Assembly (NCBI GenBank): GCA_013115145.1
Contig: JAAPAO010000204.1
Location: 1-53,168, forward strand
Length of the DNA stretch: 53,168 nt
Source of the DNA: Perkinsus chesapeaki ATCC PRA-425
Lineage: Eukaryota > Protista > Perkinsozoa
Direction: 5' to 3'
Position numbers and translations under genes: made by a program. Each line of letters opens with the position of its first letter. The stretch's first letter is position 1. The notes beneath the pieces were generated by a model that did not search any database, had not been told where the DNA came from, and saw only the letters and a list, made by a program, of their open reading frames with translations. Below are positions 22,560-32,579 of the stretch, one piece after another.

Positions 22560-23620
22560 CATTCTATTCATGGTTCATGGTTAACGATTAGTTGATGATG
22601 TTTGATTCATATGGTCCACAGTGGAAATGGAGAATGTACCGGGAGAGGAGACACTGAACACGCGAGATTGCAGGACCTTCAGTGGATTTCAGGGATAGCC
22701 ACACAAAAGCGGCAGACTCGCTGTCTTGTCCGAAATCGACGAGAGCTATCCGGAGTATGAGAACTCAGCTACCCACTGTACACTTTAAATGCCGGAAGTA
22801 AGCTCAGGTAGGAGGACGTCAGGTAATGGTCGCACGACCAGGTGGCACCTTCCCAAGAGCATCTGACGGGTGAGTGACGATATGATTCTCGGTAACAAGT
22901 AGAAAGTCTGCCAAATGCTATGACGAGCCATATGTGATGGACCTACGGGAAGTGTAAACCGCTTGCAGGGCTTCGGCTGCTGACAAGCAAATACGAAGAT
23001 ACTGCCCTGTAGATGCCGATACCTGTAGCTACACCTCAGTAGGGAGTCGGCAAGCATTAACTAGCAACCATGGTTTGTAAAGTGCGGCAACCAGTAGCAA
23101 CTCGTCCTTATATAAGTCACAGTCGATGTCGGTGAGACCCTTGGTGCAAACAATATACAAGGGTCCAGATTCTGGACTCCAGAACAATGCTTCACAGGTC
23201 TATTGATGAAGGACATATAGTCCTCAAGTAACTTGAGTCAAGTTAAGGACCTGAGCACCACCCACCGCCATTCCTTCTTGATTATATGTAGTTGCCTTAT
23301 TGGAGTTTCAGCCAGCCTATGGCATCTCTCCGTTTGAAGAATTCGACATATATGTCGAGATCCACTGAGATCGGGTATATCTTCGCTTTACAATCTCACT
23401 TTACTAACTCCAGTTACTTTCAATCACTTCCTGCCCTTCCACATAGTCATTACATGGCAGAAAGTGTTTCTTGAGGCCACCATGCGCGTGTCTAGAAGGG
23501 GAACTGGCAGCAGACATTGGGTCCAGGGACAATGATACACCCCTTCCCAAGGCGGCTAGTAGATGCTGTGGCTAAGCCCCTATGTGGCGTGTACACAGCT
23601 CCATGAAGTATTCTTCCTCT
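22560..23620 (-). mobile_element. Decayed non-LTR retrotransposon (LINE-like) 3' fragment
   Basis: Broken frames with an RNase H-like DIYV..K..IG stretch and a C-terminal CRFC...HF-HC zinc-finger-like motif. 22676-22808 is homologous to 29967-30118. Confidence 0.4.
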
Positions 23621-23816
23621 TAACTTTCGACAATTGACGACTAATCATTTGTCTAACGCAGTAGCGAATTCTCTTGGATACTCCAGTGAATAATGAATGG
23701 ATCCGTCCATGAGGCAACAGTTAAAGATTGACTTACTTGAAGTAAGTATAGATAAGAGAAGAACAATGGAGTCGAGTACCAGCTGTATAAGCCGAAGCCT
23801 GAACCCTCTTAGGGAA

Positions 23817-24242
23817 TCAGATGCACTCACCAGGAACCATAGCGGTTAATATACGATCAATACCGGTAAACAACTGCTTAACACGTGGCTGGTACTTGAA
23901 TCTGAAGAGATCTATTGGCTTCTCACCTCGATTCAACGGTATAGGACAATCACTCACCACCCGACCAACAAACTTCTCTTAATCTTCGATGCCCCTCTCC
24001 GTGACTTCGTAAAGATTCCTCTTTTCTTCCAGGAGTTGAAGCTTGCCGTCGACGCGCACCTCCCTTCTGCAAATCGCCGAGATGTTAACGTGGCCATCAC
24101 TTTTGATCTCCTTGCAGTCAGTCTCGATGCACCAGATAGATGTATGATTCACCTCGCGAGAGTAATGGAAATACCCAGTAGGAGTTTGTTCTTGAGCCCA
24201 GAGATACACCTCGAGGAGCACGATCAAGAATGGGCGAAACAT
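23817..24242 (-). pseudogene. Secreted-protein gene with one in-frame TAA
   Basis: Signal peptide MFRPFLIVLLEVYLWA. The frame reads through TAA at 23979-23981 as ED*EKFVGRVVSDCPIPLNRG...DLFRFKY to TGA at 23817. Confidence 0.45.
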
Positions 24243-25424
24243 GTCTCAAGATAGAGAGATTTAGAAAAGTTACTAAAAAGCAACGAGAAGTAAAACTAGT
24301 ACTGTAGTTGTTGCGAAACGAGCAAGTCGAGCTACTAACACTTTGTGCGTGCGTGCGAACGTGTGCATGCGTGCCGCACGCACGCAACGAGCGTACAAAT
24401 TATCCAGCTCGAGCTAGAGGGTTTATGATCACTGCTATATACCATTTGATAGGTCTCACTCTGTAAACGAAAAACACTCAAAACACGAAAAGTAGATTCT
24501 GATCTAAAAGGTTTGCGAGCACAAAGTATCTTTCTGCAGAAAAACAAAAGGACTGGGGATCGAACTTGCGACAATCCAACAGCATTTACTGACGAATCGC
24601 CGAGCTCCGTCCCTCCTTCGGGACGGCCTAGTACACCTTTTCAATATCTAGTTTGTCCTTGGGAGCATCAGTTTCGCGAGGGCGAGGGAAGTTGGAGGTA
24701 CGAATCCGAAACCGAAAGATCTTGTTCGTGTTTGGGAAAATCAATTTCGTCTTGGAATCTGCAAATTCGTCAGAACGCAGGAGGTACTGTAGAATGTTCC
24801 GGGAGAATTTTGTGCACAAGAGCAATGAGCACGCGGGATAGCAAGGGCACTTTCTATACTGCCACGGTTAGGGCTGTCGTTCCGATATCCATCTTCCCGC
24901 CGACATAAATGTTAGGACAAGCCAGCTTGTGCCCAACGCAACTGGTACTAGGTCACAGGGGAGATGTACTACTTGTTAAGACCTATTACATCTCCTTTAT
25001 ACCAGCTAATACAAAGGCACGAGGATGATGGGGTTACAACACAACATGTATGCAAGTTACCGATACCGATACATAACTGGGTAAGGGTTGAAAAGGGTGG
25101 GGCGGGATTAGCAACTCGGTATAACCGCTCCCAGCTTATGTAGCTAATAATGAAAACGCAACTACAATTTGAATACGGCGCTCATACGATCCTGGGTATA
25201 CCACTACTGTCTGAATCATCGTATGAGATTCATGTAAATGAATAAGTATTAAATAAAACGATGTATTGCTGACGGGGAAGTCAACGGTAGAATGCTAACA
25301 AACCAAAGCTCTCGAAGCATTCCGTGGATAGAATATAATTTTCCTCCTTGATTGAGTTGGTCAAACTCACAGAACTCCATGCCATTAATAAGGGGCATAT
25401 TACAGGATTGCGTGGGAACAAAAA

Positions 25425-27320
25425 CTATGTAGAAACGTCAGGATCCCCATACATAACATACTGTTCTATCTCACATCCACCGAATCCTATCTTCAAAAGG
25501 CCCGATTCACCCCACTCTTCATTCCAACTATTCACAGCCAGCCAATATCCTTGAGCTCCCATCATTCCCCAACCAATCAGCTTAATCAGGTGATACCCAA
25601 CTTTTGCACCATATACATGTGTGTAGACACCCGAATTGTAATACAGTAAGTCATCGTAAAAAACGATAGCAGCTGTAACCTATTTAAGACGGGACTGCTA
25701 AGTTGGTCGGCAAGCCGAAAACCACATATTCTGAGATCGCGTTCAAGAATCCCGCAAATTGCGAGCAAATGCGGAATCACTTCAGCTGTTCCAAAGTCGT
25801 TCACGAGAGCGGCTCTCATGACATAATTCACGCATGGTTGCCATTAATTCAGAATGCTGCACCCGTAAGAATTCAGGCATAATTATGAGCCTCGAGGAAC
25901 AAGACGGTTACAAGGAAGATTTAAGTGGGAATGACGTTCAAGCCCTACCGGCCCTCCAGCGTATATCTGGCTTTTTATCGAGCCGACATTTGGAGTAACG
26001 CGAATCCCTCCCGGGGCCACTGTGAAATGTAAATCACTGAAACACAGTATAACTCACATCAATTGCGCACAGATTCCTACACGAGTAGATTGGTTCTGTA
26101 TTTTCTATTTGGGCAACTCGATTGGCAAGGTGGCTTACGAGCTGGCACCTACAGAATTACCAAAATACTGATTCTTTAAGGATCACTGAGAATAGTTTTA
26201 AACCAGGCAAGTGGCTCAACGTACACTGCCGCATGGTGGGTACTTTCCGACAGAGTGGTTCCTCATATTCGGTGGAGTGTGGTTGCATTTAGGGAAGTTG
26301 TATGGCCAACAACCACTGGCTGCTGTCATCGATTGTACGGGCGTGTAGTCCCCTCCTGAACACACAATGGTGATATTCTCCGCAAAAGCTTTTGCCAGAA
26401 ACTACCCGTGGGAATGCCGAATGAATGAGTGAACTCCCAAATATGTACATAGTTAGCACCCAGACAGCCATGAACACTGAATCATTTATGTATTGTTGAG
26501 AAAGTTAGATTTCGAGCAATCCTTACCCGGTGCAACCTCTACTGGGAACACAGCAGGCGACGGCATAGGCAGGTGAAAGCTGGACTCGAACTTTACCATT
26601 AGTTTTTATACATAAACGGTTTCCCAAGGCTCCAGCAACAGAAATCGCTCCACAGCTATTGCAGTTAGACTGATCACTGAAAAGGACCATAAACGGTTTC
26701 TACTTGTTCTATGATGTTCACCTCACGTGACCGATAAGTCCAGCACACGCACTAAAATCCTCGCGGGAATCGAATGCTAACGGGAGGCCATTAACTATTA
26801 TAGAGTTAATCAGCGACTTGTCGGTATTGTTCAAAGTTCTTTCGTCACTACCGTGGAGGAGCATCATATCTCCGTGGGATATGCCTAAAGTGTAATGCAC
26901 AAGTTGCAAATGCAAGTTACCGGATACTCGACTTACCATAGAAATGTGGTTGATCTTGTGAAGCTACCCACGTGGCATGCTTTGAGTTTATTCTATCCGC
27001 AATAAACTGCATAAGAGCTGGTCTACTTTCATCGAAAAGCGACTCTAATATCTCAGGGGATAAGTCTCCAATAGTAGTTGCTTGTTTCACGTCAGCTTCG
27101 AATCGAGCGTAATGCAACTTCTCTTCCTCGATATTATAAATGGTATCTATGGAGAATCGTATTTCATGAATGTTAACACATAGCCTTCTGGCTGTGTGTG
27201 ATGCTCGAGTGATGAATCGAACATACCTCTGGTAGCCTTAAGTTTGGCGAAAATTGCCTTCAATGACCCCTGTCCGACCACTCCGATGAAGAATGACAAG
27301 CAGAGAGATGCTGGTAACAT
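25425..27320 (-). CDS. Cathepsin B-like cysteine protease (C1A), multi-exon, missed by the ORF track
   Basis: Spliced product: signal MLPASLCLSFFIGVVGQG, propeptide FIADRINSKHATWVA, LPLAFDSRE, DQSNCNSCGA, LSPAYAVACC, occluding loop GCWPYNFPKCNH...YPPC, IKSQIYAGGP/VTAA, YNSGVYTH, GYHLIKLIGWG, YWLAVNSWNEEWGESG, TAG at 25425. Confidence 0.9.
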
Positions 27321-28655
27321 TTTTTGAGATGCCTCCGACTCGCAGGAAATCTACTAGAGAATCTCGCTTTGACAAGCCACTAATGTGCGCATCACAGTGA
27401 TGCGACCTTCCTATCGCAGAGTAAGCTTCGCATAACAGCAGATACTGTGTAACAAGCAACCACCCCAGTTTTATTTGTAGTAAAAACCCTAAGCTCCATC
27501 TTTGCCAAGGATGGAGCTTCGGCTGCTCCACTAGAGTAGGCGATAGATACCACTCAATGTGTAAGGGGGATCTTGGGGTCCCTCACTGAGGGTCCCTCAG
27601 AGAACCTTGGGAGGCCTTACTAGGGAGGAGGCGGGAGCCTTCTGGCTCTCACGAGGAATAGGGGACAAAAAGAATTGTCTACTTGTATATTTCCCTGGCG
27701 TCACGTCGCCTGAGGTCAGTGACCTCAGGTCAGTGACCCCTGTAGTGAGAGCTCGGTAATAACAAGCAGCCGATCACTCGAGTTTCTCCAGGAGAGCCTT
27801 GTGCGAGTAGCATGGTCCTTCAATCCCCCCGCGGTGTCTGGTTACTGGTGTAACGCGAGAGAAGATCGAAGATTGACCCCCTTATACGTATGAACAAAGG
27901 GTGTGCGTACAGACCTGTGCCAGGACAACTGTCTACTTTCCTATTTGTATAGGCAATGATTGCCCAGAATATTGTGTCCTAGAGACTAGGACACACCGTT
28001 TAGATGCGGACGGCATTTGTCACAGCGAACTCAGATGATGAACTTCATTACATGAACACGTTACCCTTATTTTCGGGTTGCGAATATGATAGCGTTACAT
28101 CGGAGTCTAACAGTTCACAGTCGGCGGCCCGTTCGCAAGTTCATCGTACGTGGTGGCATGCGGGAAGGCAACACTTGCTCGCCACAAGGGCAGGCGCTTC
28201 TTTGTTGCACTTTTCATTACTCTGGGCTGCTTTCAGCTATACCACTAAGAATTCCCGTAAACACCGCTTCCTAGGGATTCGAGATCCTTGTTCTTCCTCA
28301 AGGGGTTCTGGACTCGAGACTCTGGAGTTCAGAGTCGTCGGCAAAGTCCAACGAAAATATCTGTTTCGCAACTTGTCCCTTACGCCGCTACTTCCTCAGT
28401 GGGGAATCTCTACAAGGTCAGCACGTTGTGGCACGATCTAACAAGGATCGTGGTTGATGCTAAGTTTACTCATTCGAGGTTGAATATCGAATATTCGGTC
28501 TTCGCGCGTCAGTGGTGGTGTGTTGCTCCAAGTAAGGCTCACCAGCGTAGTGAGGTATTGGTCCAATACTATTGGAAGGTACCACTACCATTACGCCTTC
28601 AGTTCGTCTGGGTTCACTGTCTTACAACACAATACAGAGTCATTTGATACGTGGT

Positions 28656-29690
28656 TCAGTCACTATCACTGTCACGGCTGCTAAAGTACTGAGATAAACT
28701 ATACATATTAGTCTGCTTCTTATGTTTATCTTTCTTTGATTTTTTCCTCCGAGGAGATTCCGAAGCATGTCTCCGTCGCGAACTCTTCGACCTGACCGAG
28801 AGATTTGGCAGCAACCTTCGCCTGCTAGAGACATGCACGTTCATTGTCACACGAATCCATCCTGTCCAGGGGGAAGGTCACCTTGCAACAGCTCTTTCGA
28901 GAACACAGAAATCCCTACGCCAATGGATCAGTGCTAGCTGCAGCTATGGAGTCGTACTATAAAAACTCAATCAAAGACAGACTTGCGCAATGGTTAAGCT
29001 GCCAGTTAATATGTAAGGTAGCTTATACTAAGATTAAACTAGATAATTTACTTTTAAACGGACAGTTAGTGAACAAGCATTTTCACTTACCTGTCCTCAC
29101 TTCCAGTGGAGGCCCGTCTTCGTTTGCTTCTTTCTCGATTCCTCCTCCGATCGTCATCGCTCTTCCCATCCGAACTGGACCGGCTCCGTTTTCGCTCTGA
29201 TGATTCTATACTTGGCGATATGCTGGCTTAGATGGCTCACGAGATTCTCGAATCTTTCTAGCGCGGCGCAAAGCGTCCAAATCTCGTTTCTCTTGGGCAG
29301 CTCGTCGCTTGTCGCGATCAGCGTCCAGATTCTTTCGGTACTCGTCGTTCTCAAATCTTTCCAGAAACCTGGCATCTAGAACCCGTGATGTTCCCGCAGA
29401 GCCTTTGAGAATTACTTCTAGATTCAGTTGATGCAAGTTGAGCTTTATACTCCTCCCAAGTAAGACCGCTTCTCTGTCTAAAAGTGGAGAGAGAGGTACT
29501 CTCCGAAGTTAGCCAACTTCAACTCGACGAAACTAAATTTTACACTCTGCGTACCACATTCTCGAGAGTAGAAACGAAGGCTCGAGAAAAAGCCGCCTCC
29601 AACTCCAAAAAAAGTTTGTATTTGTCAGGGCGGGCTCGCGGAAACAGTTACGTTTGCAAGTACGCAATATTCGCACCTCTCAGCGATCCG
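28656..29690 (-). CDS. FAM133-like Lys/Arg/Ser-rich coiled-coil nuclear protein, multi-exon, 5' end approximate
   Basis: Exons encode SGLTWEEYKAQL, ENDEYRKNLDADRDKRRA, RKRSRSSSD and KKSKKDKHKK...SDSD*. TWEE.K.Q is the FAM133-type motif. Confidence 0.5.
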
Positions 29691-29819
29691 ATCCTCAATT
29701 GACGGTCCCGAAGGCTGTTCCGAGGACTCGGTCCGTGCCAGAAGGAGAGGATTGTCGACTCCCTGCGGTTTAAATCCCCTTTGCTTTCCCATGATATTAA
29801 TACTGGTAAATTATTAGTA

Positions 29820-30360
29820 GTAATTGAAGCAAACACTAGACACAACACAAGCTGGAATGAACAGCTACAAAAAAGACGCTTAACAGTAACAACAGCTCCT
29901 CGTGATTTCGTCAACGACAGAGACTGCCCGAATTTATACGGAAATACAAGGATACCAATAACCACTCCTTCAGTGGGATTTTAGGGTAGCTGGATCAACC
30001 TTACAAAAGAGACAGACTCGCTGCGTTGTCCGGAATCGACGAGTCCTAACCGAAGTATGGGAATGAAGAAACAACCGAGGTACTCACTGTACATTTTTGA
30101 GGCGGGGAGTAAGCTCATGAAGAAGGAGAAACATGCCGAACAAACTCATCGAGAAAAATAACGGAGATACAATACACCGAGTAACGCTATACCCCTCATA
30201 AGGCGGTTCATCAGTGAGAGGCGTGCAACGTAATGCACGGGAAAACGCTGTAGTTGATATGGTTTGTAAAGGTACGGAATAGCAGAAGTGTTAGAAGAAT
30301 CTTTGGGCTGCGGAAACCTTCGCTGTGCGTTAAGATACGCTCAGGGCCCTAAAGTACAGT
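29820..30360 (-). mobile_element. Second decayed copy of the same LINE-like element
   Basis: Homologous to 22676-22808 (CAGACTCGCTG, TTGTCCG.AATCGACGAG, CACTGTACA, GTAAGCTCA). Encodes RRFRTTQRVCLFC and LYKPY. Possible short-repeat tail ATTACTACTAATAA near 29820. Confidence 0.4.
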
Positions 30361-30428
30361 AATAGAGTGAGTTCATCAACTACAAAATCATCATCAAAAA
30401 AGGAAGCAATTATACAACGCTAAAATCT

Positions 30429-30850
30429 TCACAGCGATGACACATATCTTGTGTGTTCATCTCTCGCAAGTTCATGATTTTTCGATGGACCACAATGTCG
30501 AGATCGCCGACCCGACCAGGGGCCAGCCCGCGCCGTGTGTGCTCTTCCATTAGTAATATCATCGAGTTGACGAGCAGCTTGAAACGCCGCTTTACGACGG
30601 GCTTCGGCGGCTCGCCTGGCAATGTCGTAATTAACATCATCTGGTGATGCTGTTTTCGGGAGCTCTTCCAAGCGCGGGGCGTCATTGTAGTTGGAGTGAT
30701 AGTATTGATCTGACGGAGTTGCCGCCGGCGGTGCCCTCCGATTGCTCGATTCCGGAAGGGGCACATGAACGCCTGACGACAAGGGCGATGCGAGTCTCAA
30801 TTCCAGACGAGCAGCGTTGTCCCATGGCTGGTATTCATCGAGAACTAACC
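30429..30850 (-). CDS. Hypothetical protein, GC-rich open frame, start unresolved
   Basis: Open frame longer than 130 codons with a helical RRAAEARRKAAFQAARQL stretch. No in-frame ATG, so an upstream exon is needed. Confidence 0.3.
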
Positions 30851-31234
30851 TACTGAAGCAGTCCCTCCGCTCGACTTGATTGAATCATGCAAGGAGCAAG
30901 CGACTATTGGTCAACATGTATAAGCCATAGAAGCTTTATATAAAAACCAAGAAATAGTAAACACGAAATCTTCAAAACTATTTTCGTCACAGTAAAGAGT
31001 ATTTTATCACAGTCGAAAACGTTATTTTTGTCACAGTAAAAAAAATTATTATTGTCACAGCGTCAAGCTGGCGACACCATCTACATACAGGTCATAAATC
31101 GAGGCGGGTTAGCTCACTTTGAATCGGTGATGAAGTTGACGATAATAAGATATTTTCCGTGCTCGAAACCGTGGTTCGACGCTCCTGAGGAAAATGGATA
31201 TGAGCTCGCGGTAAGGCGATTTCGACCTACCGTT

Positions 31235-31578
31235 TCACGCCGAACCTCCCTCTTCCTGTCTGACTTTTTCGATTCCTTCACGCCGATGACGAACTGTATA
31301 ACTGAAAGAACCAATTGCAAACTCTCTGATAAAAATATAGAAGCTTCTTTTTAAAAACACATCAATCACTCATGAGCACATTTCCATTCGAGATGATGCC
31401 TACCACAAGACACTGCCACTGTTATCAGCACGCCGACAAAAACCACGGTCGCAAAAAGAGCTGCTGAAGTAGCCGCTGTGTTATTGGGTGACGAAGAGCT
31501 TGCAGTGGTGGAGTTTAGAGAAGCGAGAAATCGCTCGGATGGAGGCGAGGGGATATTCGACATGTTGGAGATTTTCAT
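31235..31578 (-). CDS. Small single-pass membrane protein (2 exons, predicted)
   Basis: S/T-rich N-terminus, TM segment AALFATVVFVGVLITVAVSC, gtaggc donor, then VRHRREGIEKVRQEEGGSA*. Confidence 0.35.
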
Positions 31579-32294
31579 GACCGAAGTCGGTTGGGAAATA
31601 TGTACATGAAAAAACTGACACGAAAATACTGCGAGTCGCTGAAAACTGAAACGGTTGAAACCTCGGACCGAACTTTCATTTGTTTTTGCTCGAGAAAACT
31701 CAACCGCGGCTTTCAAACGGCGGTTTCGGCCACTCCAAGTGCGCGATCTGGTGAACAGAAGTAGCTGCCGTAGCCGGCCCCCAATCGCTGTAGGGACGTC
31801 GATGTTCGCGAGTTGGTGGGCATCGAGAAATACGGCATGTCGGAAGTAGTCCGGAACTATGCTGAATAGGCTCTTGTGTGGAGGCCGATGGAACTAAATA
31901 CGGCTGAATCAAAAGCTAAATCCTCAACTTCAACGTTGAAGAGACTCCCGAAAACAAAGCTGAGAAGTAAATCATATTCCACAGCACAGAGGCAACTGCT
32001 CCGCTCCGTTGAGAACAGTTGGGAGCTAAACGTATAACGCGAGCCGCATTCAATGAGAAAGGGAAAACACAGGAATGAAACTCAAGATACTTCATAGTTG
32101 AAAATCCAGCACTGAACAGTTGTCTTTTTTGTACTGTCAAGCAGGTCCTCTGCATTATGGGAGAATTCATCATATTACTGTTTTGACGATTGGTGTTTCA
32201 CTGGCATTTCAGGCATCAACTTCCACTCGCTCTCTGGTGGTGGAGACGGCCAGAAATCACATTCGCCGACCTGAAGGGAAGAAGAATGTAGTAG

Positions 32295-32405
32295 CCAACA
32301 CAGGATGTTCTATCGTAATAAACCAACACAGGATGTTCTATCGTAATAAACCAACACAGGATGTTCTATCGTAATAAACCAACACAGGATGTTCTATCGT
32401 AATAA
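32295..32405. repeat. 28-bp tandem repeat, about 4 identical units
   Basis: CCAACACAGGATGTTCTATCGTAATAAA starts at 32295, 32323, 32351 and 32379. Confidence 0.97.
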
Positions 32406-32579
32406 TTGATGCAATTGAAGTTGGCTTAATTATAGTCATAGTGCATCATTATCTTGGAGCTATTCACTACCAACGAGCTGACGCCCCCCCCACTACCACT
32501 AACGGAGATTCACTTGTCATTTTAGGAGTGCGAGCTATAGCATTTCGGTATGGAGAGGTTCGCCTCCCTTTTTTAGACC

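Noticed and set aside
26718-27531. ORF-track fragments first read as retrotransposon gag
   Set aside because: 26718-27117 are the propeptide exons of the cathepsin B gene, and 27238-27531 overlaps its signal-peptide exon in another frame.
27713-27725. AGGTCA-G-TGACCT as a nuclear-receptor IR1 element
   Set aside because: Nothing supports nuclear receptors in this lineage. It is better treated as part of the local dyad module.
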